A stretch of DNA of 60,851 nt, the filler included, from Nemertoderma westbladi (taxonomy: Eukaryota > Animalia > Xenacoelomorpha): the NCBI GenBank assembly GCA_032718475.1. It is 3 parts of 3 records of this genome, joined end to end, with 100 filler letters (N's around TTAATTAATTAA, not from the genome) between each part and the next. Parts side by side here need not be neighbours in the genome. Positions count along the whole stretch, not along the records: positions 30,784 to 52,031 come from JAUCBJ010007302.1; positions 52,132 to 60,851 come from JAUCBJ010005970.1; 1 more part is not named here. One strand, 5' to 3'. Positions 47,539 through 59,774 of this stretch are shown in pieces. The position numbers and the translations under genes were made by a program. Under the pieces are notes generated by a model. It was given only the letters and a program-made list of their open reading frames with translations, was not told the origin of the DNA and did no database searches. Position 1 is the stretch's first letter; every line of letters begins with the position of its first letter.

Positions 47539-50500
47539 TCAGTACCGGTATGTATATTGTATATCCTTATATCGGTACTCTTTCCTACACGTAGGCCACC
47601 ACACACCTACACGTAGGCCACCACAAACCTGTCTGCCATATTTCGAAATATAAGGCGCAGTCTCGACAGGTACTGTTAGCCCCACACCTGGGGTGGGCTC
47701 CGTGTTAGTAACTATTCCATCTTCAAGTGAACATGGAGCTGAGTTATAGTCTTTAACGACAAGCTTGGTCCCAAGTTTCGGAGCATCACGGAGCACATTA
47801 CCAACTGATACACCATTGTTATGGGAGTCAATCACCATTGTCGCTGGGTTACCAACAGATACGCCCCCACGGTTTGGGGTATCATGATTATTGGCATGAG
47901 TCATCGAGTCCATTTCCAGCGGATATAGCAAGTGTACACCACGGGTAGTTATCTTCCCATTGAGGAGAATCTCCGCCGCACGAGGAATATCATCCCGTCC
48001 AATAAAGAGTTTTGTAATTCTGGCCAAAGGCCACTTCCCACGAGGACTGCATTGTTTTACCAATACTAAGGCACCAACACATGGCAGTCGTGAAACATTC
48101 GATGCTCGATTCCAAACGCCCAGAGCCGCCATATACTTCTCCCTCCACGCCTTCCAGATGTCACGACCAACTTTATCTCGTAGATATAGCATTTGGTGAA
48201 GATCAGGGGAAGTGACTGCGGCATAATCAATAAAGTTATCCTGTGGTGGAGGATATCCATATAAGAAGTCGCTGGGAGATATAGCAGTAGTATCATTAGG
48301 ATCCGTAGAGTTCGATGTAAGTGGTCGTAGGTTCACAACCGATGCACACTCACAAACTGCTGTTTCCATTTCAGCAAAACTAAGCCGCTTCCCATGTAAG
48401 GAAATACGAAGGCATGTTTTTACAACCTTGATAAGGCGTTCCCACCATCCACCCCAATGTGGCGAACGAGCAGGGATGAAATAACATGTAATCCTATGAG
48501 AGGGGAACTTCATTGTGGACAGTTTCAGAAATGTCCGAGCATTATCTGAATGGAACTCAACATGAGTAAATGGAGCAACACGTTGGGCTAGGAACTTCCT
48601 GATAGCAAGGTTGGTGAGATGGGCAGATCCAGCAGCTACCAATTCCAAATGAATAGCCCGAGTAGAAGCACATGTAAAAAGAAGAACCTGAGACTTAGAT
48701 CCATCCACTAAATATATAGGCCCAAAAAAATCAATACCACAAACAACAAAGAGAGTCATAGCCTTTGAGCGAAATGGCTGTAATGCTGATTCAGGGGCAG
48801 TATAAGGCAATGAACGATAACGAGAGCATTTAGGACAGTTATGTATAACCTTACGAACAAATGAACGTCCACTAGGAATCCAATACCTGAGGCGGATTTG
48901 AGCTAATGTTGATTCGTAACCTTGATGCATTAAACCGCTATGGTAATATTCAACAATCAGGCGTGTTAGGTAACTTTTATGTGGCAGAATTGGAAGGAGG
49001 GCAGTTCCATTTCTCGGAACCATTAGGAGTAATCCATCCTTTATAGTTGGATGTAAACGCCACAGTGGTGAGGTGCTAGGCACACATTTATCGGGATGAT
49101 TCATTAAGAATCGAATATCTTTTTCATAATAATGTTGTTGATTTACTTTAATAAGAAACAACAAAGCTGAAGAAAGTTCAAGTGCAGTTAGTGATCCAAG
49201 CTGTTTGGAACTGTGAGATCGAACATTATGAATAAAACGTTGCATCCAAGCCATAATCCGAATAGCATCATTTAATGATGAATATCTCTGGGTATCTAAT
49301 ACATCTACATTCGCCAATAGCAAACTAGGTTCAAATGTGAGAAGTTGAGAAGGCGGAGAAGGCTCATCAGGCCATTGGACATCTGGATCAGAAATAAATT
49401 GAGGACCCTCAAAAAATAATGGATTGTTAACCAAGAGCTGCAATGAACACCCACATGAAGGAACATCAGCCGGATTGAGAGCACCAGGCACATAATGCCA
49501 ACTGATTGGGTCGGTATATGTTACAATCTTCTGAATTCGATTGTAAATAAATGTTTCCTTTTTAGGAGCACCCTTTCGAATCCACCCAAGAACACTAGTT
49601 GAGTCACTAAACATATGTATATGTGACGGTTGGAATAGGCATGTAATAACATGATTGGCAAACTTGGAACCAATGAATGCAGCAAGAAGTTCCATTCGAG
49701 GAATAGAAATACCAGAGGTTTTGGGTTTTACCTTTGATTTGGAAAAGTAGAATGTCGCAATACAACCCGGATTAACTACGTATGCAACAAAGGCATAAGC
49801 ATTCTTTGATGCATCGCAAAAGATGTAGAGGTCAGATAAAGGGCCCAAGTAAACACATCGAGGAATTTCTATGACCAAACCAACATTCTCAAGCCACTTG
49901 AGCCATTGAGTCTGGATTTCTAATGGTAACGGTTGATCCCAATTTGTTCCTGATACCCATGTTGATTGAAGCAAGAACTTAGCCTGGAGAGTCCATGGAG
50001 AGACAATACCCATAGGATCAAATATACACCCAAAATGAGTAAGAAGTTCACGGCGAGTAAACTTTGAAGGTTTTGGAATGATGGATGTGTCAATATAGAG
50101 GGTGTCCAAATTGGTATCCCATGCTACTCCTAATATCTTAGAAGGATTGTTAACTGGTTTAAGATTCATACCAGCTAACTTCATACAAGAAATTGCATTC
50201 TCAAGAAGACTTTCACACTTAACAAGGCTATCATTACTATGAATATAGTCATCGCAATAGAGTGACTGTAAGAACTCCGGTAACGCTGCCGGAGGGAATG
50301 TCTGAGAAGCATGATGGTGTACAGTAGAATGCAAAAGAAACGAACTGGGTTTCAAACCAAATGGGACACGTTTAAATTGATAAATTTTGCCATCCCACAG
50401 AAACCTTATCCAACAACGATCTTCTGCCTGAACCTCAATTTGGTGGAAAGCAGCCTCAATATCTGCCACAGTCACATAAGGATAATGGCGAAAACGGAGG

Positions 50501-51996
50501 AGAACATCCAATAAAGAGGCCAATAAATTGGGCCCAGTATCTAGGCATTCATTCAAACTAACACCATTCAGATCACGGGCGGATCCATTAAAAACAACAC
50601 GATGTTTGCCAGAACTAAACACCAAATGATGGGGCATATAATAACCCTCATCAGTTGGAAATTCAGAGAACTCAACAATACCGTCGTCAATTAGCTTACG
50701 TATTTTGCTAACATAAACAGACCGTTCAGTAGCACTAAGGCGATTAAAGGCACGAGACTGTTGTTGATTGACCTTGTGATAATTACATAAAGGCCGTTTA
50801 TATCCAGAGAAGGGTAAAGTTACACTATAGTGTGGGGGGTCCTCCTCAGAAATCATTGGTTCAGGATATTCTGCAACTTTGAGTTCTGAGTCATTAATTC
50901 CAATACTCTCGAGGTTCCATAGCTGTGAGAGTTCCGGTGGTTCCACATCCATGGCCAATAGGGATGGATCTGGATATTTATCTGAGGATTTAAAAGAGGA
51001 CTGGTTTAACGGACCACTGAGTACACGACCAAAAAAGGTATCGATAATTACCGGACAATCCCTTTCTCGGTACTGGTCAGCAGTAACTTGCCAAAGATTA
51101 TCTGCACCAATTATAAGGGAAATGTCCCTTTGGCCACCATCAAAGTCATCAGCCCAGTAATTATTATATGGGGACATAGAAATTGGAAATAAAGTTATAT
51201 GCTCTTGTCGCATAGTTGGACACAAAGCTTCAGCAGTCCAAGCAGTCAAAGATATATAATTTTGGAAGTACTGACTATAGACATGGAACTGGACACGGTG
51301 AGAAAGTGCAGTAGTAATCTGATTAGCAAAGGCACCAGTTGAAAGTACTCTTGATTCTATAACTGGTAGATTTAATGCATTAGCCAAATTCCCAAGAATA
51401 TATGATTTTTTCGAGCCATCATCTATATATGCATGTATCCAGCATCCTGATCCTGAAGATAGGTCAGTAGGAACTTGTGAAAGAGATGGCGTTTTAATAT
51501 GAGCTTTGGCAATTTTTAAAAATACAGCGGAGTCAACATCCACCTCATTTGAACCAACCGGTAAAGTTGCAGTAACAGATGGACTTGAAGTTGGCTGAAG
51601 TGGAGGCCATATTGACTGGATTGAAGTAGTCGTGGGTAATTTATTTGGAGTTGTCCGACTTCCTGACACCATGTGACGTTGAGAGGCTTTAGGGGTTGTC
51701 CCATGTACTGTAGACAAATGGGAATTACTATCCTTACCCGAATTAGCATTCTTAAAGCATAAAATGCTATTGTGGCGTTTATTGCAAAACTGACAAGTTG
51801 ACTGGGATGGACATTGCTTGGAATTGTGAAGACCCAGACAATTAGAACACAAACCAGCACTTTTAATAAGCCGATACCTGTCAGTAGGTTCCTTTGCCAG
51901 TAAAGTAGAGCAGGTTCTTAACTTGTGGAATTTATCAGTAGAATTACACCCTGGACATGGTGACTGCCTATTATGAAATGCATCAGATAGTGGCAA
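47539..51996 (-). CDS. BEL/Pao gag-pol, N-terminally truncated, reading 29 codons into the Gypsy LTR
   Basis: Uninterrupted 1485-aa ORF with all BEL domains; it crosses the Gypsy boundary at 47625. Confidence 0.88.
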   Translation of the reverse strand: MPLSDAFHNRQSPCPGCNSTDKFHKLRTCSTLLAKEPTDRYRLIKSAGLCSNCLGLHNSKQCPSQSTCQFCNKRHNSILCFKNANSGKDSNSHLSTVHGTTPKASQRHMVSGSRTTPNKLPTTTSIQSIWPPLQPTSSPSVTATLPVGSNEVDVDSAVFLKIAKAHIKTPSLSQVPTDLSSGSGCWIHAYIDDGSKKSYILGNLANALNLPVIESRVLSTGAFANQITTALSHRVQFHVYSQYFQNYISLTAWTAEALCPTMRQEHITLFPISMSPYNNYWADDFDGGQRDISLIIGADNLWQVTADQYRERDCPVIIDTFFGRVLSGPLNQSSFKSSDKYPDPSLLAMDVEPPELSQLWNLESIGINDSELKVAEYPEPMISEEDPPHYSVTLPFSGYKRPLCNYHKVNQQQSRAFNRLSATERSVYVSKIRKLIDDGIVEFSEFPTDEGYYMPHHLVFSSGKHRVVFNGSARDLNGVSLNECLDTGPNLLASLLDVLLRFRHYPYVTVADIEAAFHQIEVQAEDRCWIRFLWDGKIYQFKRVPFGLKPSSFLLHSTVHHHASQTFPPAALPEFLQSLYCDDYIHSNDSLVKCESLLENAISCMKLAGMNLKPVNNPSKILGVAWDTNLDTLYIDTSIIPKPSKFTRRELLTHFGCIFDPMGIVSPWTLQAKFLLQSTWVSGTNWDQPLPLEIQTQWLKWLENVGLVIEIPRCVYLGPLSDLYIFCDASKNAYAFVAYVVNPGCIATFYFSKSKVKPKTSGISIPRMELLAAFIGSKFANHVITCLFQPSHIHMFSDSTSVLGWIRKGAPKKETFIYNRIQKIVTYTDPISWHYVPGALNPADVPSCGCSLQLLVNNPLFFEGPQFISDPDVQWPDEPSPPSQLLTFEPSLLLANVDVLDTQRYSSLNDAIRIMAWMQRFIHNVRSHSSKQLGSLTALELSSALLFLIKVNQQHYYEKDIRFLMNHPDKCVPSTSPLWRLHPTIKDGLLLMVPRNGTALLPILPHKSYLTRLIVEYYHSGLMHQGYESTLAQIRLRYWIPSGRSFVRKVIHNCPKCSRYRSLPYTAPESALQPFRSKAMTLFVVCGIDFFGPIYLVDGSKSQVLLFTCASTRAIHLELVAAGSAHLTNLAIRKFLAQRVAPFTHVEFHSDNARTFLKLSTMKFPSHRITCYFIPARSPHWGGWWERLIKVVKTCLRISLHGKRLSFAEMETAVCECASVVNLRPLTSNSTDPNDTTAISPSDFLYGYPPPQDNFIDYAAVTSPDLHQMLYLRDKVGRDIWKAWREKYMAALGVWNRASNVSRLPCVGALVLVKQCSPRGKWPLARITKLFIGRDDIPRAAEILLNGKITTRGVHLLYPLEMDSMTHANNHDTPNRGGVSVGNPATMVIDSHNNGVSVGNVLRDAPKLGTKLVVKDYNSAPCSLEDGIVTNTEPTPGVGLTVPVETAPYISKYGRQVCGGLRVGVWWPTCRKEYRYKDIQYTYRY

Positions 51997-52031
51997 GGCA
52001 GATGTCGAAGAGAGTTTCGGTTTAGGATAAC

Positions 52032-52131
52032 NNNNNNNNNNNNNNNNNNNNNNNNNNNNNNNNNNNNNNNNNNNNTTAATTAATTAANNNNNNNNNNNNN
52101 NNNNNNNNNNNNNNNNNNNNNNNNNNNNNNN
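52032..52131. other. Artificial contig linker
   Basis: Same N44-TTAATTAATTAA-N44 structure. Confidence 0.97.
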
Positions 52132-52477
52132 CTTCGTCATCGTCACTACTGTCCGAGGGTGATTCCGATGGCACGTACACATCTTCACCATCTGATATAC
52201 CGGAAATGGTACGGTCGGAAATACTAGCGTTTCCGGCACTGGTACAGGATGTACCAGCCGAACAAGATCGAATCGATACAGTACTGCAGTATGCAGTAAA
52301 ACCTGTTATGACACTAGTAATACTGTAGAAGGCCTAATACTATCAGACAATTTATCGTATTTATAATACATTTGTTATATGGTTAGTGTTTATGGTTATA
52401 TCGATTCCCTGTTGAAGATTTGTCTCTACTACTATTTCCTTCTGCCTTCTGATTGCACGCACACCTGTAATATTGAT

Positions 52478-53864
52478 ATGACTGTGTGCAAGGCATGCAA
52501 CCGATCCGAACCGGGGATGACCCTGGTTGCTGGTAATTGTTCACCATGTGCGGCGCAACTAGCAACGCTGGCTAGTGGTGCCAATACCCGCAACTCACGG
52601 CGACCTTCAACAGGGACTACAGCGGCTTCCGGCTCAACACAAACTACACCTGCCCCAAAACGTGCAAGTACAAAGAAGGCTATCCCTACCTGCAATAACT
52701 GTCCGCACCTCAAGAAGAAAGTTGTCGGCAAAAACTGTCTTGCATGTGATAGGTGTGACAACTGGTTGCATGCCAGTTGTTTAAATTTAACGACTTCTGA
52801 AGTTGCTGTGTTAGTTAAATGTAAGAACGCAAAGATTGTGTGCAACAACTGTGAGACGATATGGTGTGATATGTCGCGTTCAGAAGCAAATTTCATCCCC
52901 GCAAATAGTCAACGGGTGGTCGAGTATCCGGATAAGATCACTGCTGAGATTGTATCTTTCAAAAACGAGACAAAATTGGCCTTAGATGCTATTAAAGCCA
53001 ATTCGACATCGATCCTACACAGCGTTGGATGTTGGAGTGAACCAGAACCAAATGTCTCTGATGAGCCCCAAGTCGCACATGTCCCAGGCAGTGACTGGAT
53101 TACTGCGGGGACCAGACGAAAACGTGGCTCTCAAACCCAACGTATAACCCCTAATGTGATACACCGACGGGTTTCGGAACTTGAACAACAGAATGCGAAA
53201 CAGGGAAACATTGTGATCCATGATATTCCCCCTTGTCCATCGAACAACACTAAGGAACGAATCCGATATGATGAAGATATTGTAAAGTCAATGATCTCAG
53301 CTAATGCTCCAGAGTGCAATATCTCAAGGTTTCCGATCTGAAGGTGGCCGTCAGGTGGGTTACATGAACAAGTTAATCGTGACCATGAGTTCTGCTGAGC
53401 AGTGCCATGCACTGCTTGGTAAACGAGTTAATGGTCGTGTTCGTCTTTCTAGCGATAGACTCAGCAGCATTAATGATAATGATATTGGTGAAGTTCGCAT
53501 CACAGCGGATAGAACATATGAACAACGCAAGAATGCTCGCGAACGCTACCAACGGCGCATTGGTCGTTCCACCGAGGGGACACTGTCTGCTGTGCAATCG
53601 TCCTCTGCACTCCCTACCTTTTCCGGAGGTAGAAAGGTGCAGAGCCAAGGAGTGAGTGCTACGGATTCTGTATCCGATCCATCGATAGCCACTGCGAACT
53701 ATCTACATAATGTTAGTAGTGTCTCCACTGATGATGAAGTTTCTCTTTCTAGTCCCCAAAACCTAGGAATGAGAAATGCGACGACCAATATCCAGGAATC
53801 AGGTGATGGAGTTAGTGAGTTTTGTGTCGATCCGGTTGGTTCACAGTCTTCACAGTCAGGTTGA
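52478..53864 (+). pseudogene. LINE ORF1 with PHD finger, frameshift near 53330
   Basis: CNNC...CDRCDNWLHASC...CNNC and KQGNIVIHDIP, continuing in another frame with VRITADRT..QR; homologous to ORF1 at 38005. Confidence 0.75.
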
Positions 53865-56800
53865 CTACGTCATCAATTGGGTGATTGTCTAGGTAGTAGG
53901 CCTACTGGTAACTTTACTGTTTTAAACATAAATGCCCAGTGTATTAGAAACAAACTTAATGAGTTGCGTGTTAGGGTTGCATTAATAAAACCTGATATAA
54001 TTGCAGTGACTGAAACCTGGTTAGATAGTACAATTCCTAATGAAGCCCTTTCTATATTGAATTATGACTTATATAGATGTGATAGAGATACCGATGGTGG
54101 TGGTGCTGCACTTTATATACGACAGTCTAATATGTTTTCAGTTGAAATAGTTAACCCAGGCAATATCTGTTTTGATGATTTTATCTGTTTATGTATAAAT
54201 CAGAATAATGGTCGTAATTTTACAGTTTGCTGTATTTACCGCTCTACAGCATCTTCGCATGCTAATGACACAGCTTTGCATGTTTTAATTGACAAGTTAC
54301 TTGTTAATTGTGGTTGTGAAATTTTGTTTATCGGTGATTTTAATTTCCCTCATATAGATTGGGAAAATTTGTGTACATTACCTAGGGCAAGGCAATTTGA
54401 GCGCGATTTTCTCGAATTTGTTCTTGATAATAATCTTTCTCAACACGTTTTTGAAAACACGAGACTGGATAGAAACCATATTTTGAGTTCTAGATTAGAC
54501 TTATTTTTTACTAAATCCATTGATTCAATTTCTGATGTACGTGTACTCTGTCCTCTTGGGAAGTCTGACCATAGTGTGGTGCATGCGGTCTTGAATGTAC
54601 ACCGGGATATTAGTGAACCTACTCGGACGTACTTAAGATATGACAAGGGTGATTACGACAACTGGCGAACATCCCTCCGTGACATTGACTGGGATGACTG
54701 TCTGGAAGGCAAGGACGCTGACCAGGCATGGACTGAACTCAAGACTGAATTGCTTAAGGGTACTGAACAATTCGTCCCCTGTAGATCTACAGTTAATGGA
54801 TGGAATGAACCTTGGATGACCAGTGTGACTATACATTGTATACGCAGAAAACAACTGCTTTTCCACCGCTGGCAACAACACCGTACCGATCGTAATTTCC
54901 AGCGATATGTATTATCTAGACAGTCTACGGGACGCCAAGTTCGTAATGCAAAAAAGAATTTTGAAAGGAGTGTTGCCGAGAAATGTAAAACTAACCCTAA
55001 AGCTTTCTGGTCGTATGTAAACTCCAAGAGGAAAACCAAATCAACTATTGGTCCCCTACGTACCAACAACAACGAAATCATTACGTCATCATATGGAATG
55101 TCAGAATTACTTAGTAAGACATATGCGTCTGTTTTTACCAAGCCTGACTCATCTGACCAACTGCATTCTGTTTCGTCCTTGCACACATACATTCCACCTA
55201 CCACACAGATTGAACCCATTGTAAATGTAGATTTTTCTCTTGAACAGGTTCAGTATGAGCTGGAACACCTAAACGTAAACAAAGCCCCTGGCCCAGACGG
55301 GCTACATGGTAGGATATTGAAGGAATTGGCTAATGTTATTGCTGTTCCTTGTATGGCAATTTTTCAACTGTCGTTTGACTCTGGTGTTATTCTTTCAGAT
55401 TGGCGAGAAGCAATAGTGTCCCCAATCTTGAAGAGACAACCAAAACGTGTGCCAGATAATTATCGTCCTGTTTCCCTAACATGTATATTAGCGAAAGTGT
55501 GTGAGAAATTCATCCGGAATGCTCTAGTGAGTCACTTCGAGGATCACCAACTCTTTTCAGATGCTCAACATGGGGCACGTTCCCACAGATCTACAGTAAC
55601 ACAGCTTCTGGAAGTGTTTGAAGACCTATCTGATTACATTGACGATCCTGATATCCAGGGTGCAGATATTGTATACCTAGACCTACGCAGAGCTTTTGAC
55701 ACAGTTTCCCACAGAAACTTCATGAGTATGGCGTACAAGGCCACTTAGCGCAGTGGATACAAGGTTTCCTGACAGATCGGTCCCAGCGTGTCAGGGTAGA
55801 TGGTGTTCTCAGTACTCCTATAGCTGTTAGCAGTGGTGTGCCCCAAGGGACTGTCACTGCAGCCATTCTCTTTCTTGCTTTTGTCAATGATGTGCCTTCC
55901 ATTGTTTCATCCCTGTGCAAGATTTTCGTTGATGACACTAAACTCTACAGGGACATACATGATGCAACTGACATACAGGCCTTACAGACTGATCTTGATA
56001 GACTAGTTGAATGGTGTAACCGCTGGAAATTGCGTTTCAATGATTCCAAGTGTAAGGTGATGCATCTAGGTTCTAGAAATCCCAAAGCTACTTATACAAT
56101 GAATGGACAGTCACTTTCAACAGTAACCGAGGAACGTGATTTGGGTATAACATTCACATCAGACATGTCCTTCACAACTCACTGCTCACAGACAGCAGCC
56201 CGCGCCATGCGAGTCGTCCATCTAATACGTAGAACCTTTACCTTTTTAGAAGCTCCAATGTTGACCCTGTTGTACAAATCCCTTGTACGACCTCTCCTCG
56301 AATATGGTACAGTAGTCTGGTCGCCGTACATTCAGCGTGATATTGATACCCTTGAACAAGTGCAACACTGTGCCACTCGCCTTGTCCCTTCTCTGACTGA
56401 CCTGACATATGAAAACCGACTTAGGGCACTTAAATTACCAACATTAATATATCGACGTGTACGAGCAGACCTTATAACAACATACAAGTTTATTCACGGG
56501 ATTGACAATATCGAACGAAGTAATTTCTTTCAATTTCGTACTGAACTTCACCAGTACTCAACACGGGGATCCTCCTTGGCACTGTATAAACGATCGAACT
56601 GTAGGACTCAAAGAAGATGCAACAACTTCGCGGATAGGGTGGTCAACATTTGGAACATTTTACCGAACTGTGTTGTAAATGCACGTAATGCCCTTGGTAT
56701 TCCATGTTTGAATGCGTTCAAAAATAGACTAGACTGTGAAATGTCCCGTAAAATGAATATATACAGCGACACTCCTGTGCGCCAAGTGGCAGTAGCAAAC

Positions 56801-56875
56801 TTTACAGAGATATCTTTATTAGACACTTTGGTTAAATCTTTATATATATATATCCCTTTTTTTTATTTAATTTAA
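53865..56875 (+). pseudogene. LINE ORF2 (APE+RT), frameshift near 55720
   Basis: INAQCIRNK, VTETW, GDFN, SDH, NYRPVSL and DLRRAFDTV, then in a shifted frame YGVQG...GVPQG and FVDD. Confidence 0.88.
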
Positions 56876-57701
56876 TATTAATACCCCCTGTATATCTTAT
56901 TATTTATGTCCCTTGTTAGTCTGTATAGTCCGTATTGGTAGCCTATAATTATTTTTGAGAACATTACTTGCAAATATTTTTAGCTATATTTTTAGTATTT
57001 TCACATATTTTTAATGTAATTATATTTGAGATCATTATTATTTGTAATTATTTTAAGCCATTCTGTATTGGCGTAATTATTATATTTGAGAACATTAATT
57101 GTAATTATTTGTAGCTACTGTACCTACTATCTCTACACGACATTATTTGAAATTATTTTTGAACACAGTTAACATTTTGTAAGTAAGACAAACATATTGT
57201 AAATATACCCTTTTTAGCAACTACTTTACAGTATATAAAAGTCAGCTATGTATATTTTATTCTCATTTTAAAATTACCTTGTCGGTTTTACTTATTTTTA
57301 CTTAGAGGGGGAGGGTAGCTACCCAAAATATAACTTTTCATTACAATTGATTTGATTATGTACGTACTGTAAACTTGCCATTTTACATTCACTTTACAAA
57401 TACTGTAGGCCTAAATAATATTCGTATATTTTTAATTATTACAATGTGATATTTATATCTTCATATACGCTGATTAGCGTACTTTTGCCAGATATGTGTG
57501 TATGCAGTATCTCTAAATTTAAAGGCGCAATCATGAACTTATTGTTACTCTGGCGTCATTAATAACATAACATAACATAACGAATCCCGAAACCTCTACC
57601 GAAGCCCAACTCCGCCATTAGGCCAACAGCTATAATAAGCTGTACTATAAAGTTCATAAAGCGGAAACACGTCATCCAGTTAATTAATATACCGGTGTCA
57701 C

Positions 57702-58500
57702 AAGGAAATCAGCCCCCCCTAGAATATGCCCCCCGGGGCATTATTTCCTAGGATATTATGTCCCCCCGGGCAATTTTTCCTAGGAAATTTAGCCCGGGGG
57801 GGCATTTTCTCCTTAGGAAATAATGCCTCCCCTCAGGAAAATTAGCCCCCCTCAAAAGTCTGAAAACTGGTACGATACCGGTCTGCTGGTAGCCACTTTT
57901 AATCTACCAACTGCAGAACTTGTAATAGTTGGAAGAATAGTACGGTACCGGTCTGCCGGTAGGTAAGCAGGTAAGGCAGTAAAGGGATGTAGAGCAGCAT
58001 ACTGAAGTATCAAAGTCAGTAGGCTACTGTAGTAAGTACTGGTATAACAGCAGTGCGAGTGTGTAGTGTTGTGTGGGCGCCGAGCAGCTCCAAGCTTTTT
58101 TAAGTCTGTAACCTGCTCCTTTCCCTGATTTGGTAAAGTGATTGTTTATTGTTTTGGTTAGAAAATCCCGCCTCTGTAACCTGCTCCTTTCCCTGATTTG
58201 CTAAAGTGACTGTTTATTGTTTTGGTTAGAAAATCCCGCCTCTGTAACCTGCTCCTTTCCCTCAATTAGTTAAATGATCGTTTATTGTTTTGGTTAGAAA
58301 GGCCTGCCTCTGTAACCTGCTCCTTTCCTTCATTTGGTAAAGTGACTGTATATTGTTTTGTATAATTTTTGTAAGTTTTAGTAGTAATAAGTTTTGTTTA
58401 TTGTATAATTCAGGGGGGGCATAATTTCCTAAGGGGGGGCATTTTTTCCTAGGGAAATTTGCCCGGGGGGGCATTTTTTCCTAGGAAAATATGCCCCCCC
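57702..58500. mobile_element. MITE-like element with palindromic subterminal repeats and an internal 68-bp tandem repeat
   Basis: gggggcat..ttcctaggaa..atgccccc palindromes at both ends; 68-bp units start at 58106, 58174, 58242 and 58310. The unit also occurs near 13520-13595. Confidence 0.65.
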
Positions 58501-58861
58501 TTATTATTAGTATTAAGTTGAACTAATGACTGAATGAAGTAGAGAAGGCTGCTATTTAATAGGCCTACTCATTTAACAGACTGCCACTGCCAGACTGCCA
58601 TGCCAATATAGACGTTGGTCAGTTCACAGTCAGCTAACTCTGTATCTGGATGTACAGACTGACAGATGTATGCCTGCCTTCTGGCCTTGCCAATTCATGC
58701 AGCTATGCATTGTGCAGCACAGTAGGCCTACTTTTTCCGGAGCTCCGGCACCTAATTCGACCGGAGCCGGACATGCCAACTCCGGCCGGAGCCGGAGCTC
58801 CGGTCGAACCCTAGCTCAGCTCGTCAGTAGTCTGACAGTACTGTAGGCTGGTAGGTACTAG

Positions 58862-59774
58862 CCAGGTTGGAATTCATGCTGCAAAACTCGGACGCGTACC
58901 TGCGCGAATGACCGCAAACCAGATGCGCGTTGCGCGTTTGGGTGAGACAGGTGCGCGTTCGGGTGTGAGACAGGTGCGCGTTGCGCCTCAGCGCGCAGCT
59001 CTGCCTCTGATGCGCACCACAAATTAATTGAAATCACGAAAATACACGAAAAAATTTCGCTCGCTGCGCTCGCATTAGTTTCTCATTTCCAATTCTTCAA
59101 ACAGTCAAATCACTTCACCATAATACTGTAATACCGGCAACCGGAGCTGAATTTGTCTATTTATTTTAACTACAGTACTCTATTGTTGTATTGTTATTAG
59201 GTCTATGCTATGCCGATGTTACGTTAGTAAACAGGTAAAGTCAGAAAGTAACAACAATGTATTATAAGTATGACTTAATTATAAGCCAACTGTATGTTTA
59301 AGCCTAATTGTTAGGTAGGCCTATACAAACTGACAAAGTATTATTGGCAGACTGGTACCTATTTCAATATTCGTTTTTTTGAAATTACCGGTACATGTTT
59401 TGTTTGTAATCTAAAATAATATTTTCTGTTATAAAAGCAGTGAGCCCGATGGGCCACCATAGTAGTGGATTAAAAAAATATTTTTTAATATTAACAATTT
59501 TGATGTTGCAAAAATTACATTTATTATGTAAGCCTAGATTCAACGTACAGACAGACAGACGTAAAGATAAGCTTAAAACGCTCAAACTTGTAAAATAGGA
59601 ATGTAAAATTGTTCTTATGAACTGTGCGATTTTTTGAGATATGCATGACATGAGCTGCGCGATTTTGTTCGGATTATGACATATGATGAGGTGCGCGACG
59701 AGCCAATTTCAGGTGCGCGGTGATTTCAAAACAACAAAGCGTACCTGCGCGCTCATGCATGAATTCCAACCTGG
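58862..59774. mobile_element. hAT-type non-autonomous DNA transposon
   Basis: Perfect 18-bp TIR CCAGGTTGGAATTCATGC, 8-bp TSD GGTACTAG and subterminal tgcgcg repeats. Confidence 0.85.

Larger units (their letters stand above)
43002..47625 (-). mobile_element. Intact Gypsy/Ty3 LTR retrotransposon, CsRn1/Kabuki-like
   Basis: 196-bp LTRs at 43002-43197 and 47430-47625 with no visible difference, TG...CA ends, 4-bp TSD AACC, PBS TGGTGACC, and open gag and pol. Confidence 0.95.
42354..52031 (-). mobile_element. BEL/Pao LTR retrotransposon, 5' part cut by the contig end, interrupted by a Gypsy element
   Basis: Gag Cys/His knuckles, protease IDDGS, RT YCDD, RNase H FCDAS and integrase GIDFFGP/SPHWGGWWERL. 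The original ORF end QVKCPPRFGQ-stop lies at 43001-42971. Confidence 0.9.
52478..57581 (+). mobile_element. Near full-length CR1/L2-group LINE, inactivated by frameshifts
   Basis: PHD ORF1, APE+RT ORF2, AT-rich 3' UTR and (TAACA)n tail at about 57560-57581. Confidence 0.85.

Noticed and set aside
52132-52290. Acidic minus-strand peptide (SDGEDVYVPSESPSDSSDDE-like) resembling a transposase N-terminus
   Set aside because: It is short, low-complexity and cut by the contig edge.
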